DNA of 64,000 nucleotides from Octopus sinensis (lineage: Eukaryota), in NCBI RefSeq assembly GCF_006345805.1, contig NC_042997.1, positions 187,364,001 to 187,428,000 on the forward strand. The letters are read 5' to 3'. The notes under the pieces were generated by a model. The model saw only the letters and a list, made by a program, of their open reading frames with translations, had not been told where the DNA came from and did not search any database. The translations under genes and the position numbers were made by a program. Below are positions 26,760 through 38,014 of this stretch, piece by piece (the first letter of the stretch is position 1; each line of letters starts with the position of its first letter).

Positions 26760-26885
26760 TATGTAGTATTTTTTCCAATGGTCAAGAACTGAAGAGATGG
26801 CGGCGTGGATTTCCACCCCGGCATCCGAAACTCTGAGTTTTATCATGGCTGCCGAATAATTGTCACATATTACATTTACAGATAT
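26760..26885. repeat. Short dispersed repeat; inverted copy at ~53149-53275
   Basis: GAGATGGCGGCGTGGATTTCCACC..TTGTCACATATTACATTTACAGATAT in both places. Confidence 0.75.
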
Positions 26886-26913
26886 AATATACATACATAC
26901 ATACAATATTATC

Positions 26914-26983
<70 letters not shown>

Positions 26984-27465
26984 TATTTTTATATATATTA
27001 TATATACATACATATATATATATACATATGTATATATCTATATGTATGTATATATATGTTATATATATATATATATATACATATATATACATCACATAAT
27101 ATACATATGCACATACATACATTTATACATACATATGTATGTATGTGTGTATATGTGTGTATTTATCAACCTGTTTTTACATTGATACTTCTTCAAAAAA
27201 ACAAAAAAAAAGGTTATGCTTTTCTGTGTATTCCTCTAATTGTAGCAGTTCAACAAGCACAGATTGATAAAGTAAGTATGGTACATGAAAATTACTTGTG
27301 ATGTTTTAGTAGAAACAATCAAATAAAACATTTCAAAGCAGATCTTCAGCAAGGCCATGGTCCAGTGACTGAAACAAGCGAAAGAAGAAAAGAAATACAT
27401 GGGTGATTGAATAGCAAATTTGTGAATGAAATATATCCAAACAGCTCTATATTAAGTACATGGAT

Positions 27466-27758
27466 TTATTGTTAGGAAATGCGAAAGACTTTGAATAACG
27501 AATTGGATTAATGTGGACAATGTTTTCTCATACTCTCTTATAGTAAGTACATTAATTGCTTTTTTTCCCTTTTCTTGTCATAGAAGAATAATTACATTAG
27601 TACCATATGAGGAGCAGGACAGGGGAAGGACGGATATGGACGTTTTCTCTTATACTTGTACATATGCACATGTGAGAAGGTGCATGGCTTAGTGGGTTGG
27701 GGCATTCGGCTCATGATCGTAAGGTTGTGAGTTCAATTCCCAGCGGCGTGTTGTGTCC
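27466..27758. repeat. Arm 1 (source) of a 293-bp inverted duplication
   Basis: Reverse complement of 28752-29044; five transitions counted by eye. Confidence 0.95.
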
Positions 27759-27985
27759 TTGAGCAAGACACTTTATTTCACGTTGCTCCAGTCCACTCAG
27801 CTGGCAAAAATGAGTATACCTGTATTTCAAAGGGCCAGCCTTGTCACACTGAATCTTCCTGAGAACCACGTTAGGGGACACGTGTTTGTGGAGTGCTCAG
27901 CCACTTGCACATTAATTTTACGAGCAAGCTGTTCCGTTGATCATATCAGCTGGGACCCTCGTCGTCACAACTGATAGAGTGCTCC
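27679..27985 (+). mobile_element. tRNA-derived SINE family C with CORE-like domain
   Basis: TGGCTTAGTGG A box, GAGTTCAATTCC B box, then GTGTCCTTGAGCAAGACACTT..CTCAGCTG..AAAATGAGTA. Confidence 0.75.
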
Positions 27986-28064
27986 TTTCTGCACATGTAC
28001 ACATATACCCACTCACTCACGTATGTATGTTTATATGTATCTTTCATATACATATATACACATA

Positions 28065-28474
28065 GGCACAGGAGTGGCTGTGTGGTAAGTAGCTTGCTTA
28101 CCAACCACATGGTTCTGGGTTCAGTCCCACTGTGTTAGCACCTTGGGCAAGTATCTTTTACTATAGCCTCGGGCTGACCAAAGCCTTGTGAGTGGGTTTG
28201 ATAGACAGAAACTGAAAGAAGCCCATCGTATGTATGTATATGTATATATATATGTGTATGTGTGTTTGTGTGTCTGTGTTTGTCCCCCCAACATCGCTTG
28301 ACAACTGATGCTGGTGTGTTTACATCCCTGTAACTTAGCAGTTCGGCAAAAGAGACCAATAGAATAAGTACTAGGCTTACAAAGAATAAGTCCTGGTGTC
28401 GATTTGCTCAACTAAAGGTGGTGCTCCTGCATGGCCGCAGTCAAATGACTGAAACCAGTAAAAGAGTAAAGAGT
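28065..28474 (+). mobile_element. SINE family A, full length
   Basis: Consensus match. Confidence 0.9.
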
Positions 28475-28477
28475 ATA

Positions 28478-29140
28478 TCATCATCATCACCATCATCATC
28501 ATCTCATTTAAAGTCTGTTTTCCATGCTGGCATGGGTTGGACAGTTTGATAGAAGTTGACCAGCTGAAGGACTGTTCAGGCACCATGTCTGCTCCAGCAT
28601 GGTTTCTATGGCTGGATGACCTTCCTAATGCCAACTACCTTACAGAGTGAACTGGTTGCTTTTACACAACACCAATATGGGTGCCTTTTATGCAGCACCA
28701 GCACTTACGAGCCTGCAAGATTAGGAGTCCTCAGCTGGAGAGGGTTGCAAGGGACACAACACACCGCTGGGAATTGAACTCACAACCTTACGATCATGAG
28801 CCGAATGCCCCAACCCACTAAGCCATGCACCTTCTCACATGTGCATATGTACAAGTGTAAGAGAAAACGTCCATATCCGTCCTTCCCCTGTCCTGCTCCT
28901 CATATGGTACTAATGTAATTATTCTTCTATGACAAGAAAAGGGAAAAAAAGCAATTAGTGTACTTACTATAAGAGAGTACGAGAGAACATTGTCCACATT
29001 AATCCAATTCGTTATTCAAAGTCTTTCGCATTTCCTAACAATAAGGGATGAGCCTGCAGGCAAGGGTAACCACTCTTATACTTAGCTTGGTGTGTCTTTT
29101 CAAGCTCAGCAAACCACCAGGGGTCTCAGCCCCTTATGTC
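28478..29140 (-). mobile_element. Family B / RTE 3' end interrupted by the 293-bp inverted copy
   Basis: (CAT)n tail at 28478; RTE-like ORF end at ~29085-29140 resembles ~25080-25130. Confidence 0.65.
28752..29044. repeat. Arm 2 (inserted copy) of the 293-bp inverted duplication
   Basis: See 27466-27758; AAGGGA occurs at both junctions. Confidence 0.95.
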
Positions 29141-29854
29141 TTTTATCTTTTACTTGTGTTACCTTGAAGAAAATTAGTTGAATGAATTGGCCTTCAGTAC
29201 TTATTTTTTTTTTGTTTCAGACTGGTGCTCATTTTATCAGTTTCTTTTGCTGAACCACTAAGTTATGGCGACATAAATGCACCAACACCGGTTGTAAAAT
29301 GTTGATAGGGGACAAACACAGACACATAGACAGATAATGATACACACACACATATGCGTGCATGCACACACACACACACACACACAGAGGCTTCTTTCAG
29401 TTTCCATCTCAAGTGACCATCTCCTTTCAGCTTTTGTCTACCAAATCCACTCACAAGGTTTAGTAGGCTTGAGGCTACTTGCCCAAGGTGTCAGGCAGTG
29501 GGACTAAACCTGTACCTTTTACATTTTTCACTTATTGGACTGTGGCCATGCTAGAGCACTGCCTTGAATGGCTTAGCTAAAAATAAATCAACAACAGTAC
29601 TTATTTTTATTAAGCTTGTTACTTATTCTGTTGGTCTCTCTCTCTCTCTCTCTCAAATTCCGCCGAGGCCGATTTTGCCTTTCATCCTTTCAGGGTCGAC
29701 AAAATAAGTACCAGCAAAACACTGGGGTTGATGTAATCGACTGGTTCCTTTCTCTAAAATTCAGGCTTTGCGCCTTTGGTAGAATAGATTATTACTACAC
29801 ACACACACACACATACAGAAAGAGAAAGAGAAAGCAGGGCAGATAAGCAAGAAT

Positions 29855-30330
29855 GGGATTACTGAAGGGGAAGAAAAGTGGGGGGGAGGAGGAGGAGGAG
29901 GTGAGAGGCATTACTGAGGAGGGAGGAAGAAAAAAGAGGAGTAGGAGTAGGAGTGAGAGAGAGGGATAACTGAGGAGGAGGTAGAAAAAGAGGAGTAGGA
30001 GAGAGAGAGATGGATTATTGAGGACGAAGAAAAAGAGGAGGAGGAGGAGAGAGGGAGAAGAAGAGAGAGAGAGAGGAATTACTGAGAAGGAAGAAAAAGA
30101 GGAGTGGAGGAGGAGAGAGAGGGATTACTGAAGAGGAGGAAGAAAAAGAGGAGGGGAGAGAAAGAGACAGAGGACTTACTAAGTAGGAAGAAAAGAGGAG
30201 GGGGAGGAGGAGGAAAGAGAGGGATTACTGAGGAGGAGGAAGAAAAAGAGGAGAGAGAAAGAGACAGAGGAATTACTGAGGAGGAAGAAAAAGAGGAGGA
30301 GGAGAGGGAGAGGGAGAGAGAGAGAGAGAG
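29855..30330 (+). repeat. Purine-rich minisatellite, variable ~35-50-bp units anchored by G(G/A)ATTACTGA(G/A)G
   Basis: Anchor recurs about ten times between GAG/GA tracts. Confidence 0.8.
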
Positions 30331-30710
30331 ATACAATAAAGAGGTAAAATGATTGACTGCGACAGAAACCCTTTTTCTTGATAATAAGTGATGGTTTTAG
30401 TCACATAAGGGGGTAGGGGAAAAAAAAGGCATTTCAACTCATCATTTCCTAATGTCATTACCCAATTTTGGAGCATACGAAATGGTAAATATGATTTGTT
30501 TTGAAGGAAGTGAATCCATTTATTCCATATTCAGAAATAGAAATCTCTCCTTCAGCCATTCTTCTGCCCAGCTTCCACCCCCCAAACCTCCTCCTCCTGC
30601 CCATTCCATCACACCCTTCCCCATCAATCTTTCCAAAGAATTTCTAAAGAAAACATTTACTACTTTACTGCATCAAATTAATTTGGGCTTTACTGCTACT
30701 ACTGCTGCTG

Positions 30711-30743
<33 letters not shown>

Positions 30744-30936
30744 CCACCACCACCATTACCATCACCACCATTACCACCACCACCACCACCACCACCACCA
30801 TCACCCCCCACCACCACTACTGTTGCTGCTGAGGCTCCTGTTGCTGCTGTACATGTATAGGGAGTGTTTTAATGTTTTTATAAATAACTATAAATCTCTC
30901 TCTCACTCACCCCCCCACACACAGACATTCACAGAC

Positions 30937-30971
<35 letters not shown>

Positions 30972-31067
30972 GTATATATACATATACACACAAAGAAGAT
31001 ATAACCTGAGGATGGAGTATAACAGTCTTTAAAAGTAGATCACAACATTTGCATATATATATATATA

Positions 31068-31480
31068 CAGGGGTTGGACAAAATAATGGAAACACCTAGC
31101 ATCATAGCATCATAGCATCATAATTTTGAAATATCTGTAAAACCATCAAAAGCTTGTTTATTTTTATGTTTTTTAGTTTATTATTAGTGTTGCTTAATAT
31201 GTTTTACTAAAATTGCTGTTCCTTTTCAGATATCATGAGAAAAAGGTAATTAAAATTCGTTAAAATGACAGATCTATCAGACTTTCAAAGAGATCAAATT
31301 GTTGGAGTTCATATGGCAGGTGCTAGCATAACGAAAACAGCCAAAATATTTGATGTATCAAGAAGTACTCTCTTGAAAGTAATGGCAGCCTTTGAGAAAG
31401 AGGGAAAAACCTCCTTATCGAAACAAAACTCTAGGTGGATGTAAAGGGTGATGTGGTTGCAGAAATTGTCTGACAGCCAT
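31068..31480 (+). mobile_element. Tc1-family DNA transposon, 5' end with truncated transposase
   Basis: TA|CAGGGGTTGGACAAAATAATGGAAACACC terminus; 31265-31444 encodes MTDLSDFQRDQIVGVHMAGASITKTAKIFDVSRSTLLKVM.., a Tc1 N-terminal HTH. Confidence 0.85.
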
Positions 31481-31971
31481 GACTGGCTTCTCTTGCTTGT
31501 GTTGCCAGACATATAGGGTCTTCCAGTATGTTTGTTTTTGCTAAAAGTACTCAATGTAGATCAAACAACTTTTTTTCCCCCCTTTTTGTTGGATAACACT
31601 TACAATTACAGAGAAGATCCATAGAATTATACATAAATATATATATAAAAAAAACACAAAGGAACTTGCACTTGTCACTTATGTTAAAAATAAATCTGTT
31701 GCTGTAAATATAAACTCAAAATGGAAATCAAACAAAATGAGGCACATTTCTATTTTTGAATATAGACGCAAGTATGGATGTTTGGTTAAGAAGTGCTTCT
31801 AAGAGAAAAACATGCACCCAGCACATTTTGTAAAGTGGTTGGTATTAGGAAGAGAATCCAGCTAGAGAAAGCACACCAAAGCTGACATTGGAGCATGATT
31901 CTTGTCAGACTGTCCAATCCAACCCAGCATGGAATATGGACATTTAATAATAATAATAATAAAAATAATAA

Positions 31972-32545
31972 ATGCCCTGATGCAGTACCAGAAAGTGGCT
32001 CTCGTGGCTTCTGATCTTAACTGATTGGAAGTGTTATCATGTACATTGTTTTGTCTTGGTATAAAAGATGGGCTACAGCAAATATTCTACTCAATACCAC
32101 AATTGCTTGTCAGTTGCTTGACCTTAACCAGTTGACCATGTCCCTTATTGGCTGACGATATGTGCATCTCTGATCATGAGCAGAAGCAGTGGGGGAGCAT
32201 CATTGCTGTGTGTTGAAAGGAATTCTTAGAGGTTTGGATAATTCACCTCTGGAAACATGGGTGTTTTGCTCAACATTCTTAAACAACCCTTATTCAGGAC
32301 CTTTTGAGTGGGATGGGCTACTTGACCAGAAGAAAATTCTAACAGGGCCCCATCCTGCAAGGTCATGCACTGTTTATCTTGATATGAGATCACCATGTTG
32401 CACACATATGGTTGTGATGCATGTGCCTGGTGTATCCTTATCAGATGGGTAGTCATGATGGGTATGCTAGGCTTCATATATTTTACCCCAGTGTCACTTT
32501 TAATGGCATGCACTGCTCTCTCATTCAATAATAATAATAATAATC
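31972..32545. mobile_element. Unclassified ~0.55-kb insertion between (AAT)n tracts
   Basis: Complex sequence bounded by (AAT)n on both sides; single copy in this window. Confidence 0.35.
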
Positions 32546-32748
32546 CTTTCTACTAAAGGCACAAGGCCTGAAATTTTGGGAGAGGATACTAATTGATCAC
32601 ATCGACCCCAGTGTTTCACTGGTACTTAATTTATCAACTTTGAAAGAATAAAAAGCAAAGTTGACCTCGGTAGAATTTGAACATTGCGATGGGTGAAATA
32701 TCGCTAAGTATTTCGTTCAGCATACTAACAATTCTGTCAGTTCACCAC
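32545..32748 (-). mobile_element. SINE family D
   Basis: Reverse complement match to 21393-21617. Confidence 0.7.
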
Positions 32749-32793
32749 TTTAATAATAATGATAATAATTATAATGATGATATAATAATAATA

Positions 32794-32828
<35 letters not shown>

Positions 32829-33901
32829 GTAATAATAACAATAATAATAATAATAATAATAATGATGATGATAATAATAATAATAATAATAATGATGATG
32901 ATGATGACATCAGTGATGCTGCTGCTTGTTAGAAATTCCACTCCCTTTGTCTTTTCTCCCTTTAGGATGTAAAAACAACATATCAAGTTTGCCTCTTACT
33001 ATCCCCTCAGTCCATCCCCACTAACCCAGGTTCTGCTGCTCATCAGGCTGAGAAAAGCTGTATAAGTATCAGTTAATCTCCAACAGGTTTATGGTAGAGC
33101 CTTTGGCACTAGAAACACCGCTGTTGGGGTGGAGGCGGCTGTTCGCAAATGTGAGATCCATGTTTCAGAGAGCCTGTTTCAGTGCATCTTCCTTGCTATC
33201 TTTACAGAGCAGAGCCTTTTCCATTTCGTCTGCTGGGGCCAGGTAGGTAACTTATGGTAATGTTATATAAAATATATGACTTCATTTTCCTTCAGATTTA
33301 ATGTGTATATGTGTTTCAAATTGTCATGATCTCACTTTACTTTTTATACTCTAGACCATTTTCTTTTTTTAAGAAATGTCTAACTTCATAGAACATTGAA
33401 TTTAGCTTAATTTATTTGTCTCAAGTAATGTCATGCTGATGATTCTAAATGAGATTGAAATAGTGCTATGCATGGCTAAAAATGTGTAGATACTTTAATA
33501 ACTTAATAATATGCAAGAAAATAATTTAAATGTGTATATTCTGTACACCTTTGCTCTTTGATGTGCTCAAACTTTCATATCTGCCTTAACTTAAGGTAAC
33601 CAATAAAATACTGTCTCTCCTATGCTAGTTAATCATCAGGAGCACATTATGTGTGTATGTGTGTGTGTGTGAGGGTTAAATGTGGGTAAAGCATAAAGTC
33701 AGGAGATAAGTGAATACAGGTTTATTTAACCATGTGATTCATAGGGTTACAGTTGTTCCACCATTAATTTCACTAAGCTAAAAATTATATGTAAATATTG
33801 GCATTAACATTTATGTTTGACATTATACAGTACAACTGTATATTCACAAATTAATGCAAGTAAAAAATGTGAGCTCTCTCCCTCCCTCTTTTTCATTATA
33901 A

Positions 33902-33938
<37 letters not shown>

Positions 33939-34292
33939 TTGGTAGCTTCAAAGCTGAAGTGAAGGCAGCATGTTCTTTGTCTATCACCTTGACTTCTTAG
34001 AGATTTTAGGTAAAATTATACTAATGTATCCATCTGTTTTAATTTAATTAAATTCTGTCTTTGTGCAGCTGAGGATTGCTCTGCATTTAAATTGATATAA
34101 TGGTTGCATTGTTCAATTAAATGGAGTTGTATGAAACGATCGTACTGCATTACCTCTGGATATCCTTGTTGCTTCTTTTGATCTTAATTACATTATATAT
34201 ATATATGGCCTTATTAGCATGTAAGGAATCCTGTCAATGGTCTCCTCTTTGTGTATAAAAATATTTTATACACTCTTATATTTTAAAAAATA

Positions 34293-34732
34293 GGTGTAGG
34301 AGTGGCTGTGTGGTAAGTAGCTTGCTTATGAACCACATGGTTCTGGGTTCAGTCCCACTGGACCTTGGCACCTTGGGCAAGTGTCTTCTACTATAGACTC
34401 GAGCCGACCAAAGCCTTGTGAGTGGATTTGGTAGATGGAAACTGAAAAGAAGCCCGTCGTATATACGTATGTATACAGATATGTATGTGTGTATATTTGT
34501 TTGCATGTCTGTGTTTGTCCCCCCAACATCGCTTGACAAACAATGCTAGTGTGTTTACGTCCCCATAACTTAACAGTTCAACAAAAGAGACCAATGGAAT
34601 AAGTACTAGGCTTACAAGGAATAAGTCCTGGGGTCAATTTGCTCGACTAAAGGCAGTGCTCCAGCATAGCCACAGTCAAATGACTGAAACAAGTAAAAGA
34701 ATAAAAAAGTAAAAAGTAAAAGAGTAAAGAGT
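34293..34732 (+). mobile_element. SINE family A, full length
   Basis: Consensus match. Confidence 0.9.
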
Positions 34733-34986
34733 TATGTTTTATGACTTATATTTATGGATGTTAATCACTGGTAATAAATTATTTTAATTTATTACCCTCA
34801 TATTTTCGATAGTAATATTTAATTTTGAGGCTGTATAAGACAGTTTTAAATTTCTTTATTTACTGCTGAACTATATATTTACGCTTGCACACTTAGTTTG
34901 AATCCTTAAATGGATAAAGATGTAGCTGTCTTGTACACATGGTTTTGGTATGTATTTGCAACTACATGATTTTTCATTAATTAACG

Positions 34987-35056
34987 ATCCCACTGATGAG
35001 CTACAGTTTCCAAATTAGTGTATTTGGAAATTAATAGCAAAACTTGAGTTCAGGAT
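34987..35056 (+). ncRNA. Hammerhead relic (G12 lost)
   Basis: ATCC..CTGATGA-GCTA..TTTCCAAAT/ATTTGGAAA..TAGC-aAAA-CTTGAG-TT..GGAT. Confidence 0.5.
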
Positions 35057-35441
35057 TAACTAATTCATTTTTTGTTTATTCTAGTGTTATGCCTCATGAA
35101 TTTTCTTTTTAAATCGTGGTTTGGGTTTTAGCTGGCTTTTTAGCATGTAAGGAGTCCTGTGAATGGTCTCTTTGTGTATAAAAATATTTGATACCCTCTT
35201 ATATATAAGTGCAGGAGTGGCTGTGTGGTAAGTAGCTCTCACTTTCATGCAAGCACATAAGTGTAAGTAGAGTGATATATCAAATTTTATTGAAGCTGAG
35301 AAATTTCGCAAATCATTACTCAAGTTTCTGATCTTCAGATGAAATTAAAAGCAGCTTGAATAATACCAAACTATCAAAATGGGGCGCTTGACATAATTAC
35401 ACTCACCAACACATACACATTTATGCATGTGTGCATGTGTA

Positions 35442-35479
<38 letters not shown>

Positions 35480-35488
35480 TATTTATTA

Positions 35489-35541
<53 letters not shown>

Positions 35542-35569
35542 AAAAAAGCAACAAGAATGGATTAAAATA

Positions 35570-35653
35570 TCGGTACAATTGTTTCGTACGAGGACATCTT
35601 TAATAAGCTACAAAAAATGCAGTAAATACAGATGGCTCGTACTCGTCAGCCGA
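35570..35653 (-). ncRNA. Canonical type I hammerhead ribozyme (Penelope-type) in a (TA)n-flanked module ~35540-35836
   Basis: Minus strand: TCGG-CTGACGA-GTACGAG.CATCT..AGATG..CTCGTAC-GAAA-CAATTG-TA-CCGA; all core residues present, G10.1-C11.1 pair, GUA site, predicted cut between 35574 and 35573. Confidence 0.85.
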
Positions 35654-35839
35654 AAAAACATCAGAGATTCCCAAACATCAAAAGGGGTAGATACAAATGA
35701 GGGTGTAAGTTTAACTGCTTTGAAGAAAGTTCGATTCCTGGAGATCCGATCAAAGGTCTTGAACTTACAGAATTTGTGCATTCCATATATAGCTCATAGT
35801 GAATTGTTAATCAAGTTATGTGAAGAAATTTTGTCTATA

Positions 35840-35883
<44 letters not shown>

Positions 35884-35886
<3 letters not shown>

Positions 35887-36053
35887 TCATCATCGTTTAA
35901 CGTCCGCTTTCCATGCTAGCATGGGTTGGACGATTTGACTGAGGACTGCCAAATCAGACTGGAGCCTGATGCAGCCTCCAAGCTTCCCAGATCCCAGTCG
36001 AATCATCCAACCCATGCTAGCATGGAAAACGGACGTTAAATGATGATAATGAT
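35884..36053. mobile_element. Two family B tails fused head-to-head (hairpin)
   Basis: (CAT)n..CCATGCTAGCATGGGTTGGA mirrored by TCCAACCCATGCTAGCATGG..(GAT)n. Confidence 0.8.
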
Positions 36054-36984
36054 AGGATATCGGGGGGGGGGGGTGTTTGAAAGGACAAGGTTTATAAATA
36101 CAAATTAAGCACTAAATGTTGCCGGAAGTAGAGTGTGTTATATTTCTTGTAGATGAGTTTTACAGTCCTAATTCTGTTTCGATTCTAATTGGATCTGATT
36201 ACAAACTCTGTGTCATCAGATTCAATTAGAATCAATACACACACACACATGCACACATACACACATACATATACATGTATGTGTGTATGCACATGTAAAT
36301 CCAAACCATGCCTTCATGCGGGGTCCCCATGTTAAAATATGTTACACTCCTATGGTAATCACTCACTGTACCCCAACAAACCAATCTACATCTCCACATT
36401 TCTTCTCTTTCTCACATTTCCTCCTTCAAACACACCATGCCTTGCTCTTACTCCCCAATCCTATCCTCATGACCCTGTTCCCCTGTATCATTGCTATCTA
36501 GTAGCCCCCCCCCAACTCTATATATACCCAGGCTTTCGCTACTCACTCCCCGCTCAACACTCTTTAATCACACTTCTTTCGCAATGTCCTGCCACTTATA
36601 TTATGGTGTTCGAGCTTCAAAGGTATGCTATGGCACTTGCTACCATTTATATCTCTCTCTTTCTTTACTCAACCATCCCATTTATATTCTGATCCCTGTC
36701 CCTTGTAGGTATGCCCAGCATTTTGCCACCATCTCTATCCTGCTGTCTCCCACTCTCTCTCTCCTTCTCCTGAATTTTCCTCAGGTTGGGTAACCATGTA
36801 TTTCCTTTGCACACCTGTTTTTGACTTCATTCCTAATCTCTCTCTCTCTCGTTGGGTAACCTTTTACTTCCTCTACAGCAAGATACCTGTTTCTGTCTCT
36901 CTGTCTCACTATAACCTTCTCATCATCCAACACAAGATCACCGCCTCAAATGCCCTCTCCTCCCATGAAAGCTTTTGTTTTTTT

Positions 36985-37535
36985 GTCTTGCAAGTACTCG
37001 GTGATCCTGTCAGTGCAGGTGCCACTTGAAAGCAACCAGTCCACTCCGTAGAGTGATTGGTGTTTGGAAGGGCATCCAGTTGTAAAAACCTTGCCAAAAC
37101 TGACCTCACCTGTGCTTGTGCCATGTAAAAAGCATTAAGTCCACTCTGCTGAGTGGTTAGTGTTAGGAAGGGCATCCAGCTGTAAAAATTCTGCCAAAAC
37201 AGTCACAGAAGTCTGGTGCAGTCTTCCGCCTGGCTGGCTTTTGTGAAACCATCCCACCCATACAAGAATGGAAGGCAGACGTTAAATGATGATGATGATG
37301 ATATATATGTAAAAAGATTCGAGCAAGTATCGCCTGACTGACCCCGAACTGGTGGCATGTAAAAAGCACCCACTACACTCTCGGAGTGGTTGGCATTAGG
37401 AAGGGCATCCAACTGTAGAAACTCTGTCAGATCAAGATTAGAGCCTGGTGCAGCCGTCTGGTTCGCCAGCCCCCATTCAAAATCGTCCAATCCATGCTAG
37501 CATGGAAAGCGGACGTTAAACGATGATGATGATGA
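36985..37535 (+). mobile_element. Tandem family B segments
   Basis: Three GGAAGGGCATCCA blocks and two (GAT)n tails. Confidence 0.8.
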
Positions 37536-37559
37536 TATATATATATGTGTGTGTGTGTT

Positions 37560-37590
<31 letters not shown>

Positions 37591-37950
37591 TCATTTATGT
37601 ATATATAATTATTAAGTATTCTATAATGTATTTTATTTATATCTATATATTAATGCGTGTGTGTGTGTAGATCAACTAATATATTTTTACCATATACAAC
37701 AGACATATGTATATTTGGACTGCCAAATATTTCTAATCTTGTCAGATTAGAAATCAAACAGAACTTCTGAATCCTCCTTTGGGAAAATCTAAGTTAGGCA
37801 TCAGACTTGGCTTTGTTGTTATTGGTTATTATTCTGTTTTTAATATTTTTTGTTTCTTTTGTAAGTTTTATTTTTGTTTCACCAAATTTCAATTCAGACT
37901 TAGTGGGATTTTTTTTTTTGCTGCTTGTTTTCAACGTCTTTTTGCTTTCA

Positions 37951-37997
<47 letters not shown>

Positions 37998-38014
37998 TGA
38001 TGATGATGATGATT

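Noticed and set aside
27679-27750. tRNA gene
   Set aside because: A and B boxes are present, but there is no closed acceptor stem or terminator, and it runs into a SINE body.
29855-30330. CRISPR-like repeat-spacer array
   Set aside because: The spacers are related low-complexity GA tracts, the context is eukaryotic and there are no cas genes.
33102-33125. TTTGGCACTAG, matching the 5' end of miR-96
   Set aside because: The match stops after 11 nt and no precursor hairpin is evident.
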